A stretch of 63,376 bases of DNA, the filler included, from Ministeria vibrans ATCC 50519 (lineage: Eukaryota; Protista; Filasterea), in NCBI GenBank assembly GCA_943704425.1. It is 5 parts of 5 records of this genome, joined end to end, with 100 filler letters (N's around TTAATTAATTAA, not from the genome) between each part and the next. Parts side by side here need not be neighbours in the genome. Positions count along the whole stretch, not along the records: positions 23,036 to 54,859 come from CALSCP010001971.1; 4 more parts are not named here. One strand, given 5' to 3'. Below the pieces are notes generated by a model that saw only the letters and a list, made by a program, of their open reading frames with translations, was not told the DNA's origin and ran no database searches. Positions 27,068-40,328 of the stretch are shown here, piece by piece (position 1 is the first letter of the stretch; each line of letters begins with the position of its first letter). Position numbers and translations under genes: made by a program.

Positions 27068-29911
27068 CTTCCATTTAGGCTTCTCGTGAGCGCGAAGCCA
27101 CGACGGCCGTTTACCAATGTACCCTGAGCATATTTTCCGACACGCCGGCGGGGGGCAGTGCGGAGTCGACGGAGGCAGAGGGCGCACAGGCGGCGGCCAA
27201 GATGCGCCGCCTGTGCAAGCTGGCCAACTCGGCGAACGGCGCTGCATTGGCCGTGCGCCGGCCGGACGGTCTCTACCTTGCCATCGTTGCCAACCGCACG
27301 TTGACTCTGTGCAACACAGAGACAGGCGTGATTACACAGTATATATCACCATTATTATTACTATATGTTTTGTTATTACGCTTCTCACCCCCTCACCTCT
27401 CTTCTTCTTTTTTTTTTTGTTTTTTGTGCGCAGTCTCACACACACACGAGCGTTGACAACAGTCGCGTTTCGACCGGGAAACCAACAAGTGGCAACGGGC
27501 GACAGCCGTGGCGAGATTCTCTTGTGGCACTTGTTTGGTGACGACGGCAAGACGCTGTTGACGGGACCGCACGTGAAAACATCGCTGCACTGGCACGCCC
27601 AGGCTGTGGGCTCCATCCAGTTTCTTGTGAATGGTGCATATATGCTCAGTGGTGGTCGTGAAGAGGTCCTTGTCAAGTGGCAATTGAGCACAGGCGGACG
27701 CGACTACCTGCCCCGTCTGGGTGGACCCATCTTTGGCATTTCGACCAACGACACGAGCGGGACGGGCGTCGCAGTGACACTTGCGTGCAACGCAGTGCTC
27801 GTCGTGCGCACTCAAGACTGGGCAGTGCGCCAGGCGATTCGTGGACTCCAGTGCGACACAGAACGCGAGACGGACGCGCGACAGGATCTTCAGTTGCACC
27901 TCAAGGCGCGCGTGGCACCCTTGGACGCGTCAGTCGAGCCCGAGCTGTCATCCACCTGGACCGTCCCTATGGCCATGCACCCGACGCCGTCTGGCCACTC
28001 GCACGTTTTGTGCACCGAGGGCCGCGCCGGCACTCTCGACTTCTTCGATGTCGATCAGAACCGCCATGTGGCGCTGGTCAAGGTGGTCCCCGGCACACAT
28101 GTGTCGCGCAACGAACGCACGCGTTCTCTTGTACGCACCCATGTTCACCACGCTGTCTTTGGTGGCGGTGGTGCCACACCGCAGAGTGTGGCGACGAGCA
28201 GTGGTCGTCACTTCTTTGTGACGGTGGAGGAGCGGCTGACGAGTGACAGTGGCGCTTCCGGCAGTGGTAGTGGCGGCGCTTCGCTAAGCGGCAGTGGCGG
28301 AGGTGCGTCCGGCGGAGGCGGATCGGGCGCTGATGACTCGAGCGATGGCGCCGGGGCAGTGGAAAAGGAAAAGAAGAAGTATGGCGGTCAGGGCGACTGT
28401 GTGTTGCGCACAAGTTTGCGCTTCTGGGACTCGGACGAGACGCGAGCGGGGCGCAGTGGCTCGGTGAATGTTGGTTATACTGCGGCGTGCTGTGTAGACC
28501 AGCCACACAAGCAGGACTCTGTGACGGCCGTGTGTGCGCACCCGCTTGGGCGTGACATGGTTGTTACGTGTGGTGGCGCCACCTTCAATGTGTGGTGTCG
28601 TGCGGCGGGGCCCGGTGCCACCTGGGCGTGCCGCAGTGTGGGTTTCTACCGCGACCACAAGTGTCACGACGCCGCCTTCTCGCACGACGGCTCTGTACTT
28701 GCCGTCGCCTCGGGCCACACCGTCACCCTGTGGGATCCCGACACGAACGAGCTGCGACACACCCTCTGCGACGGTCTGCGCAAGGAGACGGTACGTCGCG
28801 TGGCGTTTGTCGGTGACCGCTACCTCGTGGCCATTGTTCGCTCACGCCTCACCGACACCGACTCTCTGCGTGTGTGGAACTTGCTCACACTCTCCGTCTG
28901 GTGGTCTTGTCACCTTGAGGGCCACGTGACTGCCTTCACCGTCACTCCATCGCGTGTCCTTGTGCTCTTGCGTGCTGGCCGTGCTGCCCTTGCTTTTGAC
29001 CCATCCTCTCCAAGTACGATATTGCATTATTTTTAATAATAACATAATATAATAATAGCTGTTATTATTATTATTATTATCATCATTATTAATATTATCA
29101 TTGGTGTCTTGTCACGGTATTGACTCTGTATGCATGTAGCACCAAAACTGACGTGTCCCCTTGACGTGGGTCGTATTGTGGGAGCAGTTGCCGACAGTGC
29201 ACATTCAGTCATTCTTATGAACCACCGGTACGTCTCCTCCTTACTGCCTCTTTGTTCACTCATTCTATGTCAATGTCATTACATCGTACAACTGGGTATT
29301 TATTTATGTTTTCTTTTTTTTTCTTTTTTTTTGCTATTAGACGGCAGTTGTATCGACTTATGTTAGACGACGCACCGACAAGTGGGGCGTCTCCTGCTCC
29401 TTCCGCGTCTATGACAGGGATTGAGGAGGATGCAGAGGTGGACGATCAAGCGTTGTACGCAGCAGTGTTTGGCAGGGCACCGCCACGCACGAACAGCAGT
29501 GGGAAGGGGATGCGACGGGCCCCTGCGACCAGTGCCGTGGGACGCGCCGCCAATGCGGTCCTTGCGGCGCCCGTCTATGCCATGGCCGCCATGTCGCAGC
29601 TGTTTACGCCCTTTGTCGAGCGGGTGTACAGCGAAGGGCAGCGCAAACCAATGGAGATTGACAGCGAAGACACCGAACAACATACAGCGACCATTCCCAA
29701 CAGCAGCAGCAGCAGTAACAAAGTCGACGACGACACACTACACCACAAGAGCCGATCGACACATGACGCAGCGCGGGTTCACGCGCAAGGCATAGCGCCC
29801 GACGACGACGACCTTGCCTCCCTCGCCGCTCTTTTTGCCTCTCCTGCCTTTAATGCGTCCTCGTCTTCCGCTCTCAATACCCCCTCCTCAAAGCGTCGCA
29901 AGAAGACGTAG
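26275..29911 (+). CDS. WDR75: WD40 protein WDR75/Utp17 (SSU processome)
   Basis: VATGDSRGEILLW..TSLHWHAQAV..F..NGAYMLSGGREEVLVKWQL..RDYLPRLG; AAFSHDGSVLAVA..VTLWDP. Confidence 0.85.
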
Positions 29912-30006
29912 ATTACTATTAGTTCCACCTTTTCAATTTCAAGTACAGAAGCATTACCCAAACAAATGTAATTATCCCCCCAAAACAAAAATAATAAGAG
30001 AAATGA

Positions 30007-31448
30007 TCAGTGCGAGTTGTTCTCAAGAGCGGAGTAGCGATGGACGGCGTCGACAAAGCAGGCAAGGGCGTCGGGGCTGTGGTCGGGGAGCATTCCATGG
30101 CCCAGGTTGGCAATCCAAGGCCCACCTGCCTGCTTGAAGCGTGCAACCATGGCTGCCGTCTCCTGCTCTAGCATGGGCAGATGCGCGTACAAAGCCGCAG
30201 GATCAAGGTTCCCCTGAAGCGTGAGGGTGGGCCCGAGGGCGGCACGCGCGTCTGACGGGTGCGTACACCAGTCGATGCTGACAACGTCAATGGCGTCGCC
30301 CGCGGCTGCACTGAGCTCACCGAGCGCCCGGCACGAGACACCTTTGGGGAAAACGGCAATGGGCACTTGGTGCTGTGCTCCCAGTAGGCGCTTGGTCTGA
30401 CGTGCCAGCTCAATGAGGTAGGGCATGGCAAACATGCGCCAGTGCTCAGGAGAGAGTTCTCCCGCCCAACTGTCAAACAGCTGAAGGATTTGTGCGCCGC
30501 CTGAGCGTACCTGGCCCGCCAGATAGACCGCAGATACACGCGTGATAAGCGCCAATAGCTCGTGCGATGCCTCGGGGTTGCGGTAGAGCCATGCTTTGGC
30601 CTTGGACAATGTCTTGCTGCCACCGCCCTCGATGCAATATGCCATGATGGTCCAGGGCGCCCCTGCACGCGAATGAGAAGTGAACGGACGACCACAACAT
30701 TTCGTTCGTACCACAAAAGCCAAAAAGGGGCACTCTGCCGTCAAGTTTGGTGCGAGTGAGACGGATGGCATCGTAGACGTAGCCAAGAGAGGCGTCCACA
30801 TCGACACTGGTGTTGAGACGGCTGAGACACTCAGGAGTCAACAGTGGCTCAGGAAAATGCGGTCCTTTTCCGGGCACCTAGAGAAACAAATGCATATGGC
30901 ATGAATGAAAGTGCATGTGACTGGCTGCCTGTGTACCATTTCAACGGTGAGACCAAGTGCTTGCGGAATAACCTGTGTGAGGGGAGAGGCATGAGACGAG
31001 AGAGTTAAGCACCTTCGCGATGGTCTCTGCAGCACCACTCACCAATATGTCACAGAAGATGATGGAGGCATCAAGAGGAAAGCGATCGATGGGCTGTAGA
31101 GTGACTTTGCAGGCGAGCTCGGGCGTACGGCACACCGTGAAAAACTGTTCAACTGCGCGAAGAGCACGAAACTCGGGAAGGTAGCGACCCGCCTAGCCAA
31201 GGGGTGTTTTCTCGATTGAGGGGCGGGATACTCATACTTGGATGCACGTCTACCTGTCTCATCGCCCACACAGGTGCATGCTCAACCTGTTCGCCACGAA
31301 TCACGCGAAAGATCAAATCGTTCTGAAACCCCCAAAGTCAATGACGAGTTGAGTTGGGAACAAAAACGAGTCGGGCAATAGACACCTTCATGGGTGGAAA
31401 CTCATCGGTAGAAACGGTGTCCTCGTTTGCGGGTGCTATCTCTGTCAT
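30007..31448 (-). CDS. UROD: Uroporphyrinogen decarboxylase
   Basis: [38 protein letters not shown]; PGKGPHF.EP; [16 protein letters not shown]; QLFDSWAG; LQGNLDP; IANLGHG. Confidence 0.95.
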
Positions 31449-31592
31449 GTTACAACGACTCACACGTAAAAGATTAAAAAGAATGATTTTTGTGATTTTG
31501 TCATTTTTCTTAATTCTTAGTTTCAGTTTTGGGATGAGTTTAAAAGATCACAATTCACAGTCATCACACTCTTTCTTCTTCTCGTTTCTGTC

Positions 31593-31866
31593 ATGGGCAA
31601 CAAGGCTTCGGGAATGGTCTTCCCGGCAGGCACGACCTTTCACTCCTTGGAGGCGGCCAACATTGGCGGCACAACCGTGAAAATGTCCGACTATGCGGGC
31701 AGCGTCTGTCTCGTCGTCAACGTCGCGTCCAAGTGAGGGCGGACCGCCCGCAACTACAGAGTACGCCTTGGCTCTTACAGCTACTGTTTGTCTCTCTCTC
31801 TCTCTCTGCTCCCGAATGACCCACTCACGCCTTAACATCTCAACGAGGCGCATTTCGTTTCGATGT

Positions 31867-31909
<43 letters not shown>

Positions 31910-32434
31910 GTCGTGTTCTCACTGCGCTGCTCATTGACGTGTTGCAGGAACTCGCCGAAGTCTACAGCACCTACAAAGATGCTGGGCTTAAAATCCTTGC
32001 CTTCCCTTGCAACCAGTTTCTGTTTCAAGGTGGGGTGTGTTCTTTTGCTGCTTTTGCGCTCTGGCGCTGACTGTCTGTGTGTGTGTGTCTGATAGAGCCC
32101 GGCACCAACGAAGAAATTGAAAAGTTTGCACGTGCACACGGTGCCGAGTACGATCTGTTTGCCAAGATCAAGGTCAACGGCGAAGAGGCGGCGCCCGTGT
32201 ACCAGTTCCTGAAGCAGCACCAGAACGTTGGACGCATCGACGTATGAAGGGCAGCACCCACGCCAAAACACCGCACTAACTTGTTCTTCTTTTTCTGTGG
32301 CGTGGTGTTAGTGGAACTTTGCCAAGTTCCTTGTGGACCGCAAGGGTGTGCCCCGCTACGCATTCAAAAGCAGCAGCAACCCGCTCGACATCAAGAGCGA
32401 GATTGAGACATTGCTGGCCGAGCCGGCCGAGTAG
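31593..32434 (+). CDS. GPX4: Selenocysteine glutathione peroxidase, GPx4/PHGPx-type, 4 exons
   Basis: MGNKAS; VCLVVNVASK-TGA(31734-31736)-GRTARNY; LAFPCNQF..QEPGTNEEI; KIKVNG; WNFAKFLVDRKG. Confidence 0.93.
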
Positions 32435-32598
32435 ACGACATCTCAAACCTCTCCTTGTTTGTTCTTGTTGTTTGCGTGTCTTACCGCTGCCTGTTTTTTT
32501 TTGTGTCTTCCTTTTTTATCTTGTGCGCTTCACTTGATTGCACATATTCACCCATATACACTCACGCTCTCGCACTCCCCCACTTTGGGCACAATATG

Positions 32599-32676
32599 AC
32601 TGTGGCCGATGACGACGCAACGCCAAAGTGGATTGTATGCTACATCCGCAGCGTTTTTTTGCGTCTGATGCACAGC
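32599..32676 (+). promoter_or_regulatory. SECIS element (type II)
   Basis: CTGTG/CACAG helix I; ATGA(32609) core; GACGCA/TGCGTC and ACGC/GCGT helix II; AAA 12 nt after the core; apical minihelix; TGA(32666). Confidence 0.85.
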
Positions 32677-33235
32677 AAACCAGCTCGCACAATGGACCCG
32701 AGGGTCTCGCGACACCGCTCCTCTCAACGCACTCGCCCAAAACGACACATTGTGCACACACCACTCGTAGTCGCTCCTTCTTTCACTTTGGCGAGTTCTC
32801 TGAGAAGGACCTGTCTGCGAGCGGTTGTGTGCGTGAAATTGTGTCTGTTGAGAATGAGTTGAAGGTGTCCGCACACAGACGGAAACCCGTTAATTTTGGT
32901 TCGCCTGTGTGTGAGAGATTTTTGAGCTGCTTTGCACAGTCTAAAAGTTATGCTTTTTTGTGCGGTCGTGAGAGAGAAGAGTATATTTGTATGTGTGTGT
33001 GTCGGTTTAAGTGAAGCAATTTATAATTATTTCGTTTTATTTTCTTTTGTGATTAGTGTAATGTCAGTAAGGTATATTTGGATGAAATGATCGCATGTAA
33101 CAAACGTGAGAGAGAAAGGAGAAAGAAACGAAAGTGGTAGAGAGAGAGAGAGAAAGTGATAGAGAAAGAGACAAAGTCACAGAGAGAAAGGAGGAAAAGA
33201 AACAAAGTAATCAAAGCGATAAGAGAGGAAGCGAT

Positions 33236-36200
33236 TTAACAACCGCCCGTTTTGATTTTCTTGGCATAACGAAGCCCGCATGCATTACAGAGTCTGTAGT
33301 AAGAGAGAAAATGGTGTTAGGAGGGGGAGGGTGTTTTGGGATTTTGATTTTTTGAGTTTACGTCTTGGGACCTTCTGGGCCCTTGCGCCACTCTGGACTG
33401 TATGTCTTCTTGCACTCGAGACAGGCTTGATTGGGGCTCTTCTTCGCCGTCTTGGACTGCGTAGGGGGCGTGGATGCCCCAGCAGCAGGCGAGGAAGTCG
33501 CCGGGGAAGCGAGAGGGACCAGCGGCTCAAGGATGACGGGCGACGCGAGCTCAAGAGGGGTCGATGAAGAGTGGCTCTCGACGGCCGATGTGGAGAGAGG
33601 CCGCGGCGGCAGAGGCGAATGTCCTTGTCCGCGTCGCTGCTGCTGCTGCTGCTGTTGTTGTTGTTGTTGTTGTTGCTGCTGCTGTGATTGGTAGTGTTGT
33701 TGCTGTTGCTGTTGCGGCAGTTGCTGTTGCTGCTGTTGCTGAAGAACTGCCTGTTGCAATTGTTGTTCTTGCAGCGCTGCAAAGTGCTCCTGTTCAAACT
33801 GACCCTCTTGTGCGCGCAACCCTAGCTGCTGCTCAACCAACAGCATCTGCTCCACTTGCGACTCGGCCGACTCGGGAGAGCCCGACTAAGAAGAAGATAA
33901 AAAGAGACACAACGACGATGAGCACACGAGTGAGAGAGTAAACAAAAGAAAGAAAAGGCTGACCAAATGACTGATGAGACTAGTCTGCAGCGTAATATTG
34001 CGCAGTTTGAGCTCAATGATTTCACTTCGGAGTCGCATAATCTCGCGATCCTGTGCGCCTCGGTTCGCCAAGTAGGAGTAGCTACGCTCCGGATCAACGA
34101 CAACCGAGACCATACGAATGAAGTGAGGTTCCTACAAGTGATTGAAACAGTGGGTGAGAAATATGTCCATCTCTCACTCGTCTAATAATTTTTTTTTCTC
34201 TCTTTCTCTCTCTCTTCCTCTCCCCGTCAATCACTTTCTTTTCCTTCTCCTTTCTATCTGTCTCTATGTATATATCTGACTCCATGTGAGCGTCGTGTGG
34301 GTACCTGAGTGTTGAGGTGCTTGAAGAGCTGCATGTCACTGCGGATGCACACATGATGGCCTGCCTTGTGGAGGATGCGAGCGAAGCATGTGTAAACGCT
34401 ACAGTTGAGACTGGTGGCCGTCGCATTAAGCACCGCTACAAAGCGAGGCACATCTTCATTGGCAATTGCGCTGTAGAAGTGTCTTCGCACCAGAATAGTA
34501 ATTAAAAAAAAACAAAAAACAAAAACAAAATGAGCAAAAAAAGGAAGAAAAGAAAACAAATGTGCATGTACCTTCCGACAAAATCTTCGACGTCGTAACC
34601 CGTGGCAGCCCAGCACACCTGACTGATGCTGATGGTAACGCCATCGGGTGTCATCTTCGTCTCAAACTCGACTGTGTTGCCGTCGACGGTGCGAAAATCG
34701 CTGGATGGCAGTGGTGACGTCGGCTGGCGTCGCGGGGCGGAGGGGCTGCGGGGTGAAAGCGAGTCGCTTGAATGACGCTTCTGCAGCGCCGGATGTGCAC
34801 TGCGCACTCCGGCAGATCGCGTTGCAAGTGATGGTCCGTCTAGCGATGAGTGTGGTGCTGGTACATGGCTTGGACCATTGGATGAGAGCCCACTGCTGCC
34901 GAAGCCATTGCTGAACGGCTGGTTGGAAGTGAGGCGTTCACCCGCTCGAAACGACCCTGGTGAGGTGGGATAGCTTCCGAGCGACGCTGAGCGGGCATCT
35001 TCCGTTACAAGTCCGGTGAATTCATCGCAGAGCGCACTGCTGACACTGTGAGAATCGTGTGTGTCCGAGAGGAAGCCGGCGGCCGCCAACATGTTGTCCG
35101 TGCTCATTTCGAGGGGTGCTTCGGGTGTTGCAGACGCTTGGCGAAACTCTTGGCTACGGCGATGTTCGTTGGGAAAGCGGTAAGGTGACGTCTTGGCAGA
35201 GAGACCGTTGCGGTCACAGATGGCGCTTGAGGAGCGTCCGCGCACCGGACCGCCCGCGAGACTGTCGTTGGAACGGAGCATCCCAGTCTGCGCCGCTCCG
35301 TCCTCCTCTTCGGCCATCGCCATCACGTGCGTCCGCTCCAGCTGGTGACGAAGACCCTCGTGACCGTCAAAGCAGACGGTGTGGGCACGACGAAGCGGTG
35401 GCGCCATCTCGTCAACGGCTTTGAGCATTTCCATTGCGTCCAGCTGCATTATTGTGGAGTGGACAGAAAGTTAAAAAAAAAGAGGGGAGGGGGAAGGGAG
35501 AGAGCAAGGTAAGCAAGCGGCAGACATTGTGACGTGCTACAACGAGCACACTGCGACAGAGCAACAGGCCAACAGCGTTGGGGGGTGGAGAGAGAGGCAA
35601 ACTCAAAAACCACCACTGACGTTTTCGAAAATTAATAAGTATTTGATGGATATGTATGAAACTGAGCTGTAGGAGCCGAAACCCTAGCGAAGCAATGAAG
35701 CAATGACATGCATGTATGCCAGAAGAGTAGAGCGAGCAGACAGGCAACGATGCCACGGGCGTAGAGAAGTCAAACGACAAAGGAACACGAAAAAAAAACC
35801 GTAAAAGGTAAATTAGGTGTCTAAGGCGCAATGAAGAAGATGGCCCATCTCAGAGGGGTGGAAAGGGTCTTGGACATACTGATGAGAAGAAGAGGGAGGG
35901 CGGGAAGTGGAGGCAATCGCATGCTTGGACAGTCGCAAAGGAAAGGGTTAGAAGCAAAGCGGTAAGTTCGCGAAAGACGACCAAGCGCCCGATGGAGGGC
36001 ACGTAGAAGCGGGTAGGGTGGGGTGCGTGGAGTGTGCTACGGAGCATGGCAGGGCGAGGGCGTGCGTCGGCGGGTGCCTTACCTGCATATTCACATCTTC
36101 GCCAAATATCGTCGAAAAATCAGCCGAGGAGCGTTTCGCTGGCTGGGCCGTGTTGTCTGGCCGGCTTCCGGGGACAAAGGCCGTCTTGCCATCGGCACTT

Positions 36201-36271
36201 GTCGTAATGATGACGGGTAAACTGGCATTTCGCTCGACTCCTCCGTGGGGCAGCGACGGGGCAACTTGCAT
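33236..36271 (-). CDS. PAS-domain plus C-terminal GATA zinc-finger transcription factor (White Collar-2-like architecture)
   Basis: PAS: MTPDGVTISISQVCWAATGYDVEDFVGR.FY.AIANED..ARILHKAGHHV; poly-Q; [32 protein letters not shown]. Confidence 0.85.
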
Positions 36272-36691
36272 TGTACTCGGTAGTGGGCGCGCACGGAAAC
36301 TAAAATGAACGCCGCGATGGGGTGTCACAGAACAGGACTGCGCCAAAAAGTTGAGAAAGAAAGCGAATTGTTGTAATTGCAATAATGAATAAATTGCCTT
36401 GTATTGGTTTTTTTTTTATTATTGACGTAATGAGTACCGAATCTGAGAAAGATTGGAAATGTTCCAGACAGTGGAGATGGCTGAACATGCAGACAAAGAT
36501 CCAAGTACATTGAATCATTGATGAAAAATGTAAAAAGGTAGAGAAGTAGCGCGGGGATGAACGGAACTTGGCAGTGTAGAGGACGAAAAGGAGTCGCCTG
36601 TCTTTTTCACGGAGTCGGAACAGGTGTCACAATTTTTGGTGTATTTGAGTGTGATGTGCGAAGGAGGTGGAAAAGAAAGAGGAGGTGTGTC

Positions 36692-37252
36692 TTATCCAAG
36701 GGCAGCAACGCACTCGTCATGGAAGCGCGGGCCAACCACATCCGGAGGAGTCTCGCCCTTCTCGTTTGCTATCGTCTTGTCGGCGCCCCCCTTGATGAGC
36801 AGCTCGACCACCTTGTAGTGACCGTTGCCGCATGCGTCGTGGAGTGGAGTGTCGCCCAACTTGTCCTGCGCGTTGACGTTGGCACCGTTGGACGTCAGGA
36901 ACTCAATGCAATGATCGTGGCCCTTGTCCGAGCAGATCTGCAGCGGCGTTACCTTGTCCTGTGGAGAGAGATTGAGAGAGGTTGAGAAAAACAAGAGACA
37001 GTGTGAGTGAGACAGAAAGAAAGAGAGAGAGAGAAAAAAAAGTGATGAAAGAGAGAGAGAAAGAGAGAAACAAAGAGAGTCGGGGTTGTCGAGGTTGAAG
37101 GTTACCTCGTCGGCGGGAGAGATGTCTGCACCCGCTTCTTTGAGTGCCATCATGCACTTGACGTTGCCATTGCGTGCGGCCCAGTGCATAGGTGTCCACT
37201 TGTACTTCGACGTGAGTGAGTGATCTGCGCCCTTCTTGCACAGAATCTAAAG

Positions 37253-37346
<94 letters not shown>

Positions 37347-38318
37347 AGTGATAGAGAGAGAAACAAAGTGATAGAGAGAGAAACAAAGTGATAGAGAGAG
37401 AAACAAAGTGATAGAGTGATAGAGAGACGAACAAAGTAATAGAGAGACATGAGAATGGACGTGACGGGCTCATCCTTGGCCTACTTCGATGCACGTGAGA
37501 CTGCCAGCGTCGGCCGCAAAGTGGAGCGCCGTGTTCTTGTTCTTGGCACGCAAATCGATCTAACACAACACTCGTTCGCTTAGAAGAGAACACAGAGATC
37601 TTTTTTTTTTCACCTGAGCGCCATTGTCGACGAGCCACTGAACGACCACGGCGTGTCCGCCTCTGGCCGCCCAGTGGAGGCATGAGCTGCCAAACTGCGG
37701 GTCCAGCTTGTTCACGTCGAATCCTTTGTCATTGACCTAAAGCGGAGAACGTAAGAAATAGAAATCGAGAGAAATCGACGAGTGGAAAACACACGAGCGC
37801 GACGTTTGTAGGCTGCCCCAACCCCTACACTCGTCAACCCGGCACAAATAAACACACTGGCACACGCACAACGCATTCTTTCAACCCAGTTGTGTCTAAA
37901 TCCGGCGCGTTCAATTCGACTCGATTATTTTTTTTTTTTTTTTTTTTTTTTTTGCGACAGCTCATAAAAGGTCTATCGAGTGTCGCAGTAGTGCACATCA
38001 ACAGGATGCAGCCTGCGTGAATGTCTCCTCCAATCCGTAAACGAAACAGAGACAAATAGCGAAAGGTTGACAGAAAAGTTTTTTTTTCTCTCTCCATCAG
38101 CCAAACGTGCGATGTCCTTGCTTGAAAGACGGGGAAGATCCCCAAGTGGGTCGTCTTGATACGTAATGGGCGGAAAAGATGAAGAAAGGGAGACGCAGGG
38201 AGCGCACAGAGCGAGAGAGAGAGAAAGAAAGGAGAGAAAGAGAGAGAGAGCTTACAGCTTTCTCAATGGGCTTCAGTCGGCCAGTCTTGGCTGCTTCAAA
38301 GACGAGGCTCTCAGCCAT
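36692..38318 (-). CDS. Small ankyrin-repeat protein, multi-exon
   Basis: SCLHWAARGGH, TALHFAADAG, TPMHWAARNG, TPLQIC, TPLHDACGNGH. Confidence 0.85.
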
Positions 38319-38563
38319 GATGTGTATATAATATAAAGAGAAAAAAAACTGTCCACTGAATACTGATCACTCTGAAGTCTCTGAAGACTGAACTCCGATG
38401 AGATGACTGATTCACTCTGAACCTTTCAAAAAATAATAATAATAATAATAATAATTATAATATCATTATTATTATTATATTTTTGTAATAAAAACTTGCG
38501 CGCGAAGACAATGATCATTGAGAGAGAGACTTTGGATTGACTGAGAATCTGAGATCCTTCTAC

Positions 38564-40174
38564 TTAGTCGTCCATGGACTCTTGTCGAATCTTCTCCTCG
38601 GCGAGCGCCTTGGTCGCCAGCATCTTGGAGACAAAAGTGAAACGGGGACCACGAAAGAGGGGGCTTGGAGGGCGTGCAGCATGCAGCGTGGTGCCGTGGA
38701 AAAGAGCCACACGACCGTACTTGGGCTGCACTTCGGTGAGCAGCTCAAAGTTTTCTGTTTCACGACAGCGCGGATGTGTAGGAGCGCGCACACATGCAGC
38801 GGGCGGGGTGTAGAAGGCAGTCTGGCCCCAAAAGTCAGGGCACCAATGAGGCGTCAGGTACACCAGGAAGGTCCACTCTTGGTCATCGTGCGAGCAGTCG
38901 TAGTGGATGCGCGTGTCGTCGCTCGTACGAATGAGATTAGTAGTGACGTCGTAGGGATGCCACTGACGCAAACTGTCGGGCGTCATGGCGTCCATCAGGC
39001 GCTTCGTCTTGCGCCACACTGACGTCTCCAGATAGGCCGCGACGTTGGCGCCGCCAAGCCACTTAACGTTGTCGCCATTGTCGTACGTACCGTCGTCGTG
39101 GTGCGTCACGTCGTCAAACGACCACAGCTGTTGCTCCTCCACATGTTGTCGCATCGCCGTCAGCTCCCGCTCGCTAAACAGCCCGTCAACAATCACCACA
39201 GGCTGACCATACGTGTCGTTCACCATGCGCGTCACCAGTCGCCCCAGATCAATCGGCGCGCTTTCCTCCTCATCTCGTTCCACTAGCTTCGCCAACATAC
39301 TCTCATCGTGCGCTTCTCGTCGTCGGTAGCTGTCCGCCGCCGCCTGCGCCTGCACAATATCAGTATCAAAAAAAAAATCGATCAATCAAAAGCACGGGCT
39401 ATATACCGCTGCGGCGTTCGGTGTGAGTTGGACCAAGAGGAACATCATCATGGAGCGACGCGAGACGGCCGGTGGGCGAACTAAGAAAGGGATGTCTGCG
39501 TCCCACGCAACTATTCGCGCCTTTTGAGGATGCACCGATGCGATCACGTTGTGCCGTGCCTCGTCGAAGAACACCATTTCGCCATAGGCATTTTTGCGCC
39601 AGTCACGCTCAAGATACACTATCAGATTGACATTGCCCGAATGCGACGCAGAATCCTCTCCAGTCTCTGATTGGGGTGCCGACGAGTGCACACGTGGTTC
39701 GTCGCCACGTCGTAGCACGTGCGCCGACACGTCAAGTGGATACAATGGTGAGCCAGTCTGGTTCGAAACCTACAAGAGTGTTCATCATCCACAAACCAAG
39801 CCCCAACGACAAAATCGGTATGTTCCAAAGGGTACGGTCTAACAAACACAACCAATTTCCGAGCGTGCTTCTTCGAGACGTACCTGTGCGGCAAATGTGG
39901 CAAGAGGCTTCCACAGTTTCGATTTGAAAAATTGTCTGGGCGAAAGTTCGCGGTTCCACCAGGGAAACGCCGGACCGTGTTGCGATGCGTCAAACTCCCA
40001 AACCTGACTCTCGCCATACACTCTTCGGACACCCTTGAGAATGCCGCTGCCGACCACCGTATCGCTGTACGCAACCCGAACCGAATCGCCATCGCCCAAA
40101 ACCACTTTTCCAGAAGCCGCTTGCGATGCGGTCGTCACCAGCAGCCCTATCAGTGCCAGGGTCAACTTCCTCAT
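38564..40174 (-). CDS. Secreted/ER tandem 2OG-Fe(II) oxygenase (prolyl-4-hydroxylase-like fold)
   Basis: Signal peptide MRKLTLALIGLLV; domain 2 has IHYD..FLVYL...WGQTAFY..PKYGRVALF..LHAARPP..RFT; domain 1 is homologous but degenerate. Confidence 0.8.
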
Positions 40175-40328
40175 AAGATACTCTGTACAAAAGAAGAATT
40201 TCTGTGATCTGTCATCTGTGCTAGTGTGCGTTGTGCTTTGTTGGGTGAGTGCCAAATGAATAGATCGACGATTGATTTGGAAATGACTTCTTCTTCTTCT
40301 AGTAATTAATTTAAAACGTTCTTCTAAG

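Noticed and set aside
32860-32915. Sm-site-like AATTTTGG within a possible stem downstream of GPX4
   Set aside because: Short motif expected by chance; no other snRNA or SL RNA features
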